Below the pieces are notes generated by a model. That model did not search any database. It saw nothing but the letters and a program-made list of their open reading frames with translations, and had not been told where the DNA came from. The translations under genes were made by a program, and so were the position numbers. DNA of 64,000 bases from Amphiscolops sp. MND2022 (taxonomy: Eukaryota): contig OZ076409.1 of assembly GCA_964187785.1 (NCBI GenBank), positions 53,446,001-53,510,000 of the forward strand. The letters run 5' to 3'. Positions 39,900-52,524 of the stretch are shown piece after piece; positions within the stretch are counted from its first letter, which is position 1, and the number at the start of each line of letters is the position of its first letter.

Positions 39900-41093
39900 G
39901 ACCAGATCGATATCAATTGGAGCATGATTCAAAATATTGAAAGATGTCAATTGAAAGATTTTAGTATTGATTAATGTAATTAATAACGTGCTAGGAAAAA
40001 AAGAATTGAAGTTATGACCGAATCACTCTGCTTTGAGGAATAATTATCTTCGCTAAACTCACACCAAATTGCTAATCTTGGTATTAAGTAGCAGGAGCTT
40101 TTCCTTCTGTCCTCTCATTTCACTCAAAACTATTTTTTTAGTCCAAATCAGTAGGTCGGTATTTCTGTCGCATTGCATTCCTAGATATTTTTGGGCTATT
40201 ATTAGTGAAATAAGACTTCAGTGCGGACCAAATCCGCTTTTCTCCAATTTCCGAATCATTAAAAGCCTTTTATTTAGCAAAGCTACCTCAGCTCACTCAG
40301 AAGTATTTTACACATTTCTCTGGTATATGATAAGTTTACATTCCTCAGCCTATTCCTCAGAAATAAAAATTTCAAAATTTTGATTAGATTTTGAATGTTG
40401 GTCGTTTCGCAAATCAAACTGAGTTCCTACTAGCGCATAGCTGCTCACGGTTCATCTGAAGTTACATTACGGAGAAAGTTTAAAACTCGACATTTCTTGA
40501 AGATTTTGGCACATCTAAAATATGGGTTCAACGTTTATCGAGAGGTTTACAGCAATTGGTGGGTGCATGCAACGTTCAAATCACATTAAACAGCGCCCAC
40601 AGAATAAGAACCACGCCAAATCAGTTGCTTGCCATAGTCGAAATAGCTCCAGCCCTCAGGGTTCGAACCTCCTATCTGCGGGGCGGATACGCTACAAACT
40701 GTGCCAGTGTGACTAAAATATCCTCATACTAAATGAACTAATAATGAAGTGGAGATTTGGCAGACGTTGAGAAAACACGCTACACAGATGGTGGTTTTCC
40801 TCCCTGTAGACTAAACATTGAAACATTGTGGGGGCGGAAAATGATAAAGCTCTCAAGAAGCTCAAGAAAAAAAGTAACTCGCAAAACAAACCTAATTACT
40901 TTTACAATTACTTTGCTACCACTCCCAACGCCTAATAAATTGGATGTTTTTGGAGAAAGCAATGTGGCAGTGCCAACTATTCTTTTCAGACTACATCAAC
41001 ATTGACTGGGACTGTGCGGAATTCCAAAATTATTGAACTAGTTTTCTGAAGCGATTGTATTTTCCGCATTTATATGATGATTGCATAATGGTA

Positions 41094-44000
41094 TGTAACG
41101 TCAGGCAAGGGACGTTGCAGAAGTTTTTGAAAATTTCGATCAAAAATTCGAAAAGTGCGGTATCAAACAAGCACATTCAAGATGGCTGACCCGGCAAGTA
41201 CGAAAACCGTAGAGGAAGCAAAAAAAGGCAAAAGCAGACCCACCCCCGACCCAAGAACGTGAATGTCCTAGATGTCATCACCCAGAAGGCGAGAGAATAA
41301 GAATTGTGCCATCTGACAGCAAAAAGACAGGGTTTCGGCAGAAAAATGCCAAATGAGACCATTGTGCCCTGAAGATGAGGAATGATGCCAGAGGCCAGAC
41401 TGACGACCAACCCTGAACTGTAATGTTATTGGGGCTTATCCCCGTGTTTTGTCACCGTTTACAGAGTATTTGGATGATGTTTGATCTACTAGATCTTCAT
41501 TTTATTCCTTATTCCCAAAAAATAATGTATTTCAGTTAAATAACTTTTTGGACCTCGGAGGTATGTAGGAGTCGCGTGAACACGCTAGAAACCTTAGGAC
41601 TCGTTTTTACAGGCTTGTCGGGCGTGTCCGGATTTTGAGAGTGCCGGCGCGTTGCCTCGGAGCTCTAACTAGAGGAGCCTCCTTTGACGAAAGAAAAGGC
41701 TCCCTAGGAGACTATTTTGGGAACAAAAACGGGTTTTTAGGGATGTAGTAAGACAACGGTCTCCTGTTTAAGCACCCTAGGCTATTTCCCTCTTCCTAGA
41801 TGTGCGCCGCCAGCCGGACGTTACATCTTGAATAGTTTTTATGGCGACCACAGAGGGATCTTCTTCTTTTTCACGTCCAACTAGGAGCAACTCCTGCTTT
41901 CCGGCCCCGGAGGGTCCAGATCTAGGAAGACTTACGGGAAAGTCCTAGATTATTTTTATTGCCTCTTTTGAGCCCACTAGGCTATCTTCTAGCTGAATTC
42001 TTGCGTTTCTTTGTATTTCCGAGGTCTGGAATGAGAAATGACTGATTTTCGGCAAAGTACCGTTTTGACACCGTTTATCGAGAAAATTACCCACTGGGTA
42101 TTCCGATTGTTTTTGAAAAATTATAGCGAGTTAGCTATAACACCTGATAAAGCTCGATTTTCAACTTGGTTAGTCTCAAAAGCCAAAATTTTTCAGAAGA
42201 GGGTACGGCCAATGGGAATACGATAAAAGCGTTCCAATAGACCTGTTAGGTCAGGAACAGGAAAAATTGTTCGGCTAAAGTGTTGAAACATTGAAAAATT
42301 TAGCGATTTTTGTTGAAAAAACATCAACTTTGACATAAAAGACCAAAATTGGTGAGCGCGAAGCCTCGGGCATTTGTTCCCAAGCTCTTAGATTAGCCCA
42401 AAAACATTTTTCCCGAGCTTGGTAGTATGAAGCACTACTGCCAAGACATTTTGTAGCATCCCCCAATGAAAATTGAAACTCAAACTTTTGATTTTCTTTG
42501 ATATGCATAGACCGGCGAAAAGGACCCCATAGACCTGAGAGTTATAACATTAAAAATAACCATTGAAACAACACCAGTCAATTGAATAAAGTTATTACAT
42601 CTTATTATGTTGTGTTTAGAACTATCCCGAACATCTGGGAACCGGGAAATAAAAAGTTCCTAGGGAGAATACGTATTTTTGACATTGTTCCCAGAGTGTA
42701 AAAGGTGTAACTTGAAAACATTTTGAGAGACCTTTTTTGGAACCTGCAAAGTTTTGCTCGCCTATTTTTTGTTAGTATAAAGTTTACCGTTGCTAACGCA
42801 GAAAACCGCGAGTAATTTCGAACAGTGGTTGCAGAAAAATAGTCAAAAATGTGTTTTTTTCCCGACGTTTTGGGAATTCGGCAACCACGTTTTTTTGACA
42901 TGTCGAAATCTCTCCTAGTAGGAAAAGCCAAAAACGGATTGCACCATCGTGTAGAACGCAAACGGTTACGCTAGTAGCGTGATTTTGATGGCGCTACTGT
43001 CAATACTCGTGGAAAAACCTTAGCCGCAGTTTTGCTCAGAAAGTGCACTAAATTGCCGAAAAAACGGAATTTTAGTTGAGCCCAGTGCGATATCCCCAAA
43101 GTATCCCAGCACATAATTTCGCATATTGTCGAGGACATGGTACCAAATCACGACAATTTGTGCAGTTTGAGCAGCCAGTGGCCAGCCAAAGCCGAGAAAT
43201 TGACATTTTTGTGTATTTTGACTCAAAAAAGTGGTACCTCAGGTACATCAAGGTTTTGTCACACCGAATCGCCAGGTGTTGATCCAGGCACCTTGCCGCC
43301 GTATCTTTCTGTTACATGGGCAAAATTTACGCTCGCATACAAAACCTCAGGTAGCTAGGACGCCTAGAAGACGAGTTTGACCAACTTTTGTGAATTTCAC
43401 GACAGAGTCAATTTTTCAGTGAACATTGTTAAGTGAACGTAACACTCACAGAGTCGTTTATGGCGCAATTGGAGGTTAAATCCCCACAATTCAATTAGTT
43501 TAGTAAACAGTGTGAAACTTTCAGGTCGCTAGCAGCGCTAGAACTGAATTTCATTTTCCCCGGAGGTGCCTGTTCACAAAAAAAAATGCTGCTTTTGCAA
43601 TTTTGTGAGACAAAGCGCACACTTTTTGTCAGTGTACGTGCCAGTGAGGGCCCAAACGACATCGAAAGTATAACAGGCACTCTAAACACGTCCTGTCCTG
43701 TTGGACTGCTTCGATTAATGCTAAACTGACCCTAAGATCGCGGGTCTCTGAGAAAATGGTCTACGAGACATAGATGTGAAAAACCAAAAATCGAAATTCG
43801 CCACCTGAATGCTATCAAAGTCACCTAAGTGCAAGTTATCCGTTGTGAACACGCTTGCTTGGTGCCCTGTGTACCCTGTGGGTGCTGGAGCTTGTTTATA
43901 GGCACTTTTAGATGTTCAGTCTTTGAACGCAGTGCTTCTCAAAACAGAAGAACAAGTACAGTAGTGACAACCATAGTTGAAAAGGAACGCTTTTTCTGAT

Positions 44001-45907
44001 CGTACTACAATCGTAATGCAAGAAAGCCTTTCAAACTCAGTGTCCTTCCTCTTACTCACCCCCAAGGCATATTCCGAGTCTCTGGTCACTTTTACGTTCT
44101 TACTTGTGCTCTCCAGAGACAGGGCAGCATGTGTGACAAACGGACTTTTCAGACAATCTAGCATCTGTAGCTAAGCAGGCTTCTCAAAAAATCAGTGTTC
44201 GTTGCTCGATTCATGCGTGAGGTGTACCTCGGTTCGCGGTACCACAGTTGTGTAAACCATGTCGATTTGAAAACACGGAACAAGAAATTGGCCGGGGAGT
44301 ACCCGTACTCTCCCGAGAGAAATCAACACCAATCATGATGAAACACCTAGAGCTTCGAAGCTCTTAGAACTGCTTCGGCAGCGGAAGTGCTTCTAAAACT
44401 CGAGTGAGTGCTCTGGAACTTGTTTTTTTATGATTATGTCAAAGACTGTTTTATGATATAAAATGCCTGATTTTAAACTTTTATTGGTTCTGCTCTATCA
44501 TCGCTATTGACATTGTCATCCTCTTGAGAAGCAGTTTATTTCCATCTCTTGCGAATACACTGGTGATTGTACTACCTAGACGATACTTTCATCAGAACGT
44601 ACACTGTTGACACAATAGACTGAATGGGTCCTCACGTTTTTTGGTGATATTTTAAATTTTGAGCTCTGTTTCCCCATTGGTGATATTTTTGTGCAGTTTC
44701 TGTTGGCCATGAACCACGACCCTTTTGCAAGACCACAGCTGTTACTTTTTTCGCTTTCCAAGTTGTATCGTGCATTTTGTAAAACCTAACCTATCAGGTG
44801 GGCACCCGGCCAATGCCAAATCTGTTCTGATGAGTGCTTTTTATAGTTATCCAGATTCGGTAACACAAAGTGATAGTAATTTTGGTGCGAAATTAAACGT
44901 TTGAAAGCGTTTTGAGAACAATGCTAAGTGTCTATGTCTAAAGTTGCTAATATTATTCCAGTGCTAGGACTCAGTGGGTGTGGAATCCAAGGAAGCCTGC
45001 TAGGCTTGCAAAAACTCATGTTTTCGGGCAGTAACATGTTTTTGGGCAATGACTTCCATTTAGATTCCTGACGTACCATGTTCCAGCAGTATCACCGGAT
45101 CACTGGATGGTGGCAGCCAAGATGTGAACGTCTTCTCTCGTTTGTCAAGGACGACAAACTACGGCCCGGGCAAGATGTAACGTCAGGCAAGGGGCGTTGC
45201 AGAAGTTTTTGAAAATTTCGATCAGAAATTCGAAATGTGCGGTATCAAACAAGCACATTCAAGATGGCCGACCCGGCAAGTACGAAAACCGCAGAGGAAG
45301 CAAAAAAAGGCAAATGCAGACCCACCCCGACCCAAGAACGTGAATGTCCTAGATGTCATCACGCAGAAGGCGAGAGAATTAGGAATTGTGCCATCTGACA
45401 GCAAAAAGACAGGGTTTCGGCAGAAAAATGCCAAATGAGACCATTGTGCCCCGAAGATGAGGAATGATGCCAGAGGCCAGACTGACGACCAACCCTGAAC
45501 TGTAATGTTATTGGGGCTTATCCCCGTGTTTTGTCACCGTTTACAGAGTATTTGGATGATGTTTGATCTACTAGATCTTCATTTTATTCCTTATTCCCAA
45601 AAAATAATGTATTTCAGTTAAATACCTTTTTGGACCTCGGAGGTATGTAGGAGTCGCGGGAACACGCTAGAAACTTTAGGATTCGTTTTTACAGGCTTGT
45701 CGGGCGTGTCCGGATTTTGAGAGTGCCGGTGCGTTGCCTCGGAGCTCTAACTAGAGGAGCCTCCTCTGACGAAAGAAAAGGCTCCCTAGGAGACCATTTT
45801 GGGAACAAAAACTAGTGTTTAGGGATGTAGTAAGACAACGGTCTCCTGTTCAAGCACCCCAGGCATTTTCCCTCTTCCTAGATGTGCGCCGCTAGCCGGA
45901 CGTTCCA
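41094..45907 (+). mobile_element. Non-coding (LARD-like) LTR element of the 3-bp-TSD group
   Basis: 732-bp LTRs 41094-41825 and 45176-45907 (about 3-4% different by eye); TSD GTA (41091-41093, 45908-45910); PBS TGGCGACCACAGAGGGATC at 41842; interior colinear with 59562-~62200; no retroelement ORF. Confidence 0.93.
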
Positions 45908-46068
45908 GTAACTGGAATTGGCGGAAAAATAGTGAATATGCGCGAAGGCAACAGAAATCTTCGTTGCTTTTTGAAGTTTATTCCAAGTTATTGCAAGTAA
46001 CAACAAATGCCACTGAGACAAAAACGATACCAAAACAAACAAACGTTCCAAAAATTGCGGTCTCGAGT

Positions 46069-46532
46069 CAAGGCTGGCAGTTATTCACGTGTAATTTGCG
46101 TGTAATCGTTTGATTGGTTAATTCCGTGACGCGCTGCATGTGATTGATCAACTTGTTCGATGAAGCGCGTGTGATTGGTCAATTTGTTCACTCAAAAATC
46201 AAGAAGTTTCGAAACAAATTTGAATGCGAATGAAATTGAAATAAAGAACTTTGAAAATGAGTTTTGGCGAATGTTGAGCGAGTAATTTCGCACTTCAACA
46301 ATGTTCTGTCAGACGACAGGCGATCTTCTGATGAAGAAAATTAAGAACAAACGTTGTTTTCATACTCTAACGTCGAAAAATTATAAGTTTGTGTTTTGTT
46401 TTCTCCGTGAAATAGTGAAATAGCCGTGTAATCAAGTTAATTCCGTGAAAATGAGCGTGTAAATGCTTTAAAAATTCCGTGAAATAGCGCGTGTAATTTT
46501 AGATATTTTTCCGTGAAATACTGTCAGCCTTG
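46069..46532. mobile_element. hAT-family MITE
   Basis: TIR CAAGGCTG(G/A)CAGT; 8-bp TSD TCTCGAGT (46061-46068, 46533-46540); subterminal CCGTGAAA repeats. Confidence 0.92.
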
Positions 46533-48148
46533 TCTCGAGTACGTGTATCATTCTTTTATGTGTTAGTTGGAAGACAACACGAAAAGTTGACAATCAAGAC
46601 TTCAAAGCTTTTCTGGTAGCCTAAACAGCTGCTACAATTTAAAAACGCTGCTTAGGCTGCAGTTCGCGACTCTTGGATTGATTTTTGTCACTTTTGATAG
46701 GTTTTCTTTCGAAGTTTTCAGCAAGATCGGACAAGGTCCTTACAAATTTTCATCAAGGTTTTCACACAGAAGCGAGTTAGATTCTTGCCAAGGTTTCAAC
46801 GGATTTTCACACTGGGTCAATTTCATTATGCGTATTATGACTGGTTCAAATAGAGGCGGAACAACTCAACGCGAACATTGCGGAAGCACATGTGAATGTA
46901 CAAAAGGGTCGCTTTTGAGTGGGGTGTTTTTGTAGTGGGCGCCTTTTGTCCAAGTTGCTTTTGTCTGTATACGCTTCACTGAAACCAGTGATACACAGTC
47001 TGATTTGGTAACATCACGCTCACTGAGCGCTGCAAAGGTTTCAAAATTGAACTATTTTACATGGTTTGCGAAAACATGGTTTGCGGGCTTAAGTATACCA
47101 CCAAAACTACTGATTTTCCACGGTAAGTTCGAAAACTTTCACACTTCCTACCTGTTTCAGGGCAATTTTATGCACTTTTTTCCAACAAACCTTCTAAATT
47201 GTTCAATGTATGATACTTAACAAGCCGAGAAATGCGCGTTAAAAGGGGGACCTGTAACGGCTGCTTGCCCTTATCCTGCGCTGAGGCTTGACAAGCTTTA
47301 CGCCGCCCTGATCCGTTGCTTAGTGCTGTGGACCGTCACTAAACAATTCCTGGTTTTCTTGTTTAAAGGACTGTATCTTTTGACTGGTGGGTCCGATGTG
47401 ACCCGCGGAATCTCCTGCAATTCCGCTTTGCACTGAATTGGATCCGATGTGATCCTGCACACACTTCCCTCACTGTATCTTCACGCGCTCCGGCTCTCCA
47501 ACTATGAGAGTAGCTACTTAGTCGCTCTGACTCTAGCGAAAAGTTGTGAAGGTTGAGAAGTAGATTAATTAGTCTCGCGGTCCTGAGACCCAACTTGACT
47601 ATAGCTATTCAGTGGAGAAAATCTCTATCTAATAATGGTATACATATGGTTTACAATTCTACAGTAAATATAAGCAAATATCAGTTGAAATATGTTGTAT
47701 AAATAAATGACATTTAAAGCTTAAAATGAAGTTATTGACTAAGTAAACAAAGAATGTGGTGGTTTTGGCATGTTGGTTAGGTGGGTTAGGAAGTATGTTT
47801 ACACAATGTAAATATCATTAATTTCAACAGAGATGATTTTCCTTCAAGGCCATATGAGAAAATCACATAATAATTAATATATCAAAATTGGGATTTCAGG
47901 GGGTCCGACCTAGGTCACTTTGGGTGTTAATTGCTCGGAACCCAGGGGAGATACGGGGTAGGTTGTTAAGAGTGAAAAGTTAGTGTATCACCACCACTAT
48001 ATGCGTGCCAAGTTTCAAGGTGATTGAATCAGTGGTTTTCCGGGACGGGGGGTGGTGTTTTTTTACATAGGGTCATTTTTGCTTAGACTTGTATTTTTCC
48101 ATCTAAAATCTTGATAAGCTTTCTAAGTGTTTTGAGTTGTAAGTTTCA

Positions 48149-51100
48149 TCAGTCACGTTCGAATTTGAGTTTCTGATCTCGCAATTGACTGGCGCCAACA
48201 TTGCCGGCCCTGTTTTTCTCCTGAAAAACACTTTCGTAGAACATGGGTGCCAGTTTCACTGCTGGTCGTTTCAATTTTCCATCTTCAGTTTTCACCAGCG
48301 CTGATCTCACTCGCCCATCGCTTCCATGGTAGACTTCCAACACTCTACTCATCTTGTAGAGTGCTCTTTTTACATTCTCATCCACTATCCAAACCAAATC
48401 ATTGACTTCTAGTTGTCTAACTTCTTCGTTTTTCCATTTTCCAAAGAATTCAAGTTGCATCATCATTTCTTCCCGTGATACAGCCGGCCCTATGAAAGGC
48501 CCACTTTCCGAACTTGTTGTTGTTTGTGCTTTTGAAGAACCCAATCGCGTTTCCATTAGCGATATTTCATCTGCAAATTCATCTATCACAATCTTTGCAT
48601 ATAGGATGCCAGTTGTATTCAACTGAGCGCTTTCGTTCCTTCCATGTAATCGAATTGAGATAGGTTCAAACTTCCAAGCTCGTTTCTCGAATTGCTTGCT
48701 CTGGCCAGTGCTCAGTTGAGTGTGCACATTAGGGTTAGCTTGTGCCACTGCATCCATTCCTGAGTTTCCATTACCTAACCAGTTGTTACAATTTTCACTG
48801 TCGCTTGGAATAATTTTGTCCAGCAGATTTTCTTTCAGCTCAACATCATGTTTTCTCCAAAATGACATCTTTACGGCTTTTGTTCCATCACTTGCGTTGT
48901 CTTTAGACGGTTGGTTGTGTTCCAACAAATCACTGGAGTGTCTTTGATAAATCGGTTTTCCTCTTGAATCATCATGAAGTTCAATTTGACACTCCTTCAC
49001 GAATCCAACAACTTTTTCCAATTGAGAACACTTTCTTCCCTCTTCCAGTGTTAAGGTGTTGACAGCAAGCTTCACGGCTTGCATTTGAGTTGGTTGCTTT
49101 TCTTTCACATGCTGTCGTACAGAGGCTACATTCATATTCTCTTTCAGCAAATCAAGCTTCACAATAAATTCTTCCAAGGTTCGGATGTTTGATTTAATTG
49201 CAAAACTTTCATGTCCATTATTTTCTTCTGTAAATGAGAAACCCATATTTTTGTCTTGTTTGACTACCACATGGTCACCCACAGCTAGGTGCATATCGTC
49301 TTGCCAAATTTGCTTGATTTCCAAGTGGAGGGATTTAGTACTGACGTCCTGCCAGTTTCTTTCTACAACGAATATGTTTGGTGAGTTCTCAGAATATTCC
49401 TTGGACATTTCGGATACGCTGCAGTGGGAAGTATACGATTCCATGCCCCACCGAGTTTTCATCTGATCCATCAATGGATCCACATCTGCAAAAACCAAAC
49501 TTTCATTGTCGAGCTTCGCAGTTTCTTGGTGAGGCAAGGGTCCACTAAGCATCCACCCCAATTTTGTCAGTACGGCCCAAGGTTTTGACTTTCCACATTT
49601 TCTATACCCAATGGCTCTATGCAAGTGGTAACAATCTTGTCCCAAGATGACTTTTACATCTTTCAGGTTGATGGTAGAATCTTTCAGCACTGACAGGTGT
49701 GGATATTCTTCCTTCAATTTCTTGAGGTTGTACGTTCGATTTCCTGCATTTACGTCGGGATGACTATAGGCCATGATATCTTCTTTGACTTTTCCTTGTT
49801 GATCGCCAATCCTTACCCTTAGTCGTTTGCTACTAATATCTGACGCACCATGAATCCCTGCAACATTCAAATCCACTGGCTGTCCCATCAGATTTAGCGC
49901 TTTCATCAGGCTCTCGTCCACAAAGGACAGGCTTGCTCCAGGGTCGCACAAAGCGAACGTTTTCACAGTTTTGCTCCCACTCCCTATCGATACTGGAATG
50001 ACTGGAAGCACTCCACTGCTTCTCATTGAGGACAGGTTAGAGACCTCATCAATATTTTCAACATTTTGCTTCTGGTCCTCGTTCTTGTAAGGTCGGTGTA
50101 GCAATCGGTGATGAGGTTTTCCGCAACCATTGACGTCGCAGAGTCTACCAGAGCAATTTCTCATCTGATGTGCGTCTGACAAGCATTTGAAGCACAGCTT
50201 CAGTTCTTTCGCCTTTTGTCCTCTTTCTTCGACGTTCATCTTCTTGAATTTCTCACATTTCCATATCGGATGTTTGCCATCTTTCAACGCACACTCTCGC
50301 TGGTATTTTGAGTTGTCACTGGCTGTGTCTGGTGCTGATGTTGCAAACGTAGAACCTTCGGCCTTTTCCTTGTAGCTCGTCTTTGCGCGATCAGCATTTA
50401 GATTCGAATACAATAGCAATTCATCTTGAACATCTGCTATATCATTGAGCCACTCACTGAGCACAGCGAGTCCCGGTTGATACAGGTTCATTTGCTTCAC
50501 ATAAGTGAGCCACTTCGTTTTCATGTCCAGTGTTAACTTCCTTGTGGCACTGCCCAGAACTCCTTCTGAGTTTAGGTCTCCCACGTAGTTGAATTGTGTC
50601 AAAACATTCACGCAACTCGACACTATTCTCGCAAACTTGATCAATGCGGCTCCATCATAAGGTTTCATCGGTGGAAAGGAGTAAATTCTCTTTAGTTGAG
50701 CATTCACAACCATTTGAGGTTTTCCAAAGTTTCGAACTAGAACGTTCCACGCCACATTGTACATCTCCGCGGTGTACCCAAGGCCAGCAATCGCCTCTTT
50801 GGCTTTGCCCGTGACCATTGTTTTCAGGTGATTCATCTTTACACTGTCGTCCATGTTTGCTGCGTGGACGGTTGCTTGAAACAGTTGTGACCACTCTGGC
50901 CACTCCAATGGGTCACCTGAAAACTCTGCCAGTTTCAATTTTGGCAAGCTGGATCTGATGAAATAGTCATCTCTCGCATTTGACACTATGTTATGCCCTT
51001 GACGAGGCAGATACGGCTTCTGCGTGTTCTCAAGCTGTGGCACTTGAAATGCACCACTCGGGATGCCTCCTGACGTAGGCGGTAACCCATTCTGGTCTGC

Positions 51101-52489
51101 CATAAGGGTCATAGACGGCTTCGTCGAGGCGAACTTCACTTCTGGTTGTGCTGTTACTCTTTGACTGTCATCACGTATGACAGTCTTTGTTCCGTCCTTT
51201 CCAATATCTCGCACAGCGGCTTCTGTGGACATGACCGGTTTCAATGAGGACTTCAAGTCCCTCACTTGCGCGGAGCGTTGTCCTCCTTGCATCGATTGTC
51301 CTGTAGTCACTGGTGCTGAGACGGACGTTTGCTGGTATACAGATGGCACGTTAATCGGCGATGCCACGTTTTCAGCTTCTTCGGTCTTGTCCATCCAATC
51401 TGAGACTTTCGTCAGATTGTCGTCTGGAGTCTCGACTGGTGAGATGCTTCTCAAGCTAGAACCACGACTGCTCGACACTTTCGCTCTTTCTATTTCCTTT
51501 TCAGCTATTCTAGCTTTGCGAGCCAACTCTTCTTGCAGGTCAGCTATCTCCTTTTGTTTCAGTTCCGTCAGGCGAGCTTGCAGTTTTTCTTGCTCTTTCA
51601 AAGCTTTTATCTCTAGATCAAGAACTCGTCTTGCACTTGATGTTTTTGAAATCACAGACGTTTTGTTGCTTTTGGCTCTTTCACTTCGCGAATGTATGCT
51701 CAATTCTTCTATTGGCAATGATCTAGCTCCATTTCTTGGCTCTTGGCTGTCTTCCGCGTTGTGACTATCACGTTCCTTTTGCTCATCGTCTGGTTGCAGC
51801 TCCTTTTGTGGTGATGTGCCATTTTTACTTGATTTGTCTGCGGCTACGCTTGCGCGAACGTCTGCTAGTCTTTGTTCGGCGTCTTCAAGACTTCGCAAAA
51901 TGGCTCCAGTTTCTCCTGACTTCAGGAGAGCTTCAATTTTCAGTTTGAGGTCAGACCTCTCTTGAAGCAATTCCTGACATGCTACTGCATAATCTTCTTC
52001 GGCGTCCTCGCCGTTTTCAATTCGTTCGTCGCGCAACTTTTCGTTGTGGGCAATTCTTTCATCAATAGCACGTTTCTTCTCTTCAAGATCCAAATAGTTT
52101 AGTATATGATTTTCATCTTGCAATGCTGACATCAGTATTATCACCCTTACAGTGTTAGAGTCTTGTCGCTGCAACTCCACAAATCGGCTCTTCATCGCTT
52201 GGATCACTGTTGAGAACATTTCGGGTATCTGGGGTTGGTACTTGATTTTGATTGCATTTTGGATTGCCTTAAAGAGTCGTTCTCGCCTTTTTATGACAAC
52301 TATTCGTCGTAACAGTAGCTCTGCTATCTGTTTGTTGTCATCATTCCTAGCTAGGTTTTCATCAATTGCTCTGATCGTCTTGCCGTGCTCGCAAGCTGCA
52401 TTCCAATGACTCACAATTTGGGCCGCGTCTGCAGAGTTCTTCAGAAAGTTTTCAACTTTGTTGATATCAAACCGTTTTGGTTGAGCCAT
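48149..52489 (-). CDS. Intact 1446-aa BEL/Pao Gag-protease ORF fused to the BEL integrase C-terminal (DUF5641-like) domain
   Basis: LPKLKLAEFSGDPLEWPEW (DUF1759-like), triple Cys/His knuckles, ALCDPGAS protease, TKLGWMLSGP, C-terminal KW..LEVNDLVWIVD..GSDGRVRSALVKT..KRPAVKLAP; ORF ends inside the 3' LTR. Confidence 0.92.
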   Translation of the reverse strand: MAQPKRFDINKVENFLKNSADAAQIVSHWNAACEHGKTIRAIDENLARNDDNKQIAELLLRRIVVIKRRERLFKAIQNAIKIKYQPQIPEMFSTVIQAMKSRFVELQRQDSNTVRVIILMSALQDENHILNYLDLEEKKRAIDERIAHNEKLRDERIENGEDAEEDYAVACQELLQERSDLKLKIEALLKSGETGAILRSLEDAEQRLADVRASVAADKSSKNGTSPQKELQPDDEQKERDSHNAEDSQEPRNGARSLPIEELSIHSRSERAKSNKTSVISKTSSARRVLDLEIKALKEQEKLQARLTELKQKEIADLQEELARKARIAEKEIERAKVSSSRGSSLRSISPVETPDDNLTKVSDWMDKTEEAENVASPINVPSVYQQTSVSAPVTTGQSMQGGQRSAQVRDLKSSLKPVMSTEAAVRDIGKDGTKTVIRDDSQRVTAQPEVKFASTKPSMTLMADQNGLPPTSGGIPSGAFQVPQLENTQKPYLPRQGHNIVSNARDDYFIRSSLPKLKLAEFSGDPLEWPEWSQLFQATVHAANMDDSVKMNHLKTMVTGKAKEAIAGLGYTAEMYNVAWNVLVRNFGKPQMVVNAQLKRIYSFPPMKPYDGAALIKFARIVSSCVNVLTQFNYVGDLNSEGVLGSATRKLTLDMKTKWLTYVKQMNLYQPGLAVLSEWLNDIADVQDELLLYSNLNADRAKTSYKEKAEGSTFATSAPDTASDNSKYQRECALKDGKHPIWKCEKFKKMNVEERGQKAKELKLCFKCLSDAHQMRNCSGRLCDVNGCGKPHHRLLHRPYKNEDQKQNVENIDEVSNLSSMRSSGVLPVIPVSIGSGSKTVKTFALCDPGASLSFVDESLMKALNLMGQPVDLNVAGIHGASDISSKRLRVRIGDQQGKVKEDIMAYSHPDVNAGNRTYNLKKLKEEYPHLSVLKDSTINLKDVKVILGQDCYHLHRAIGYRKCGKSKPWAVLTKLGWMLSGPLPHQETAKLDNESLVFADVDPLMDQMKTRWGMESYTSHCSVSEMSKEYSENSPNIFVVERNWQDVSTKSLHLEIKQIWQDDMHLAVGDHVVVKQDKNMGFSFTEENNGHESFAIKSNIRTLEEFIVKLDLLKENMNVASVRQHVKEKQPTQMQAVKLAVNTLTLEEGRKCSQLEKVVGFVKECQIELHDDSRGKPIYQRHSSDLLEHNQPSKDNASDGTKAVKMSFWRKHDVELKENLLDKIIPSDSENCNNWLGNGNSGMDAVAQANPNVHTQLSTGQSKQFEKRAWKFEPISIRLHGRNESAQLNTTGILYAKIVIDEFADEISLMETRLGSSKAQTTTSSESGPFIGPAVSREEMMMQLEFFGKWKNEEVRQLEVNDLVWIVDENVKRALYKMSRVLEVYHGSDGRVRSALVKTEDGKLKRPAVKLAPMFYESVFQEKNRAGNVGASQLRDQKLKFERD

Positions 52490-52524
52490 TTCTTCTCTTC
52501 TTGATTGAACTCAGTTCCCAAAGT

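Noticed and set aside
44827..44834. Hammerhead ribozyme core CTGATGAG
   Set aside because: No stem II followed by GAAA, and no stem III could be built
30112..45907. DIRS/Ngaro tyrosine-recombinase elements as the explanation for triplet duplications
   Set aside because: Ordinary direct TG..CA LTRs, a tRNA PBS and a solo LTR are present; no split or inverted terminal repeats and no recombinase motif seen
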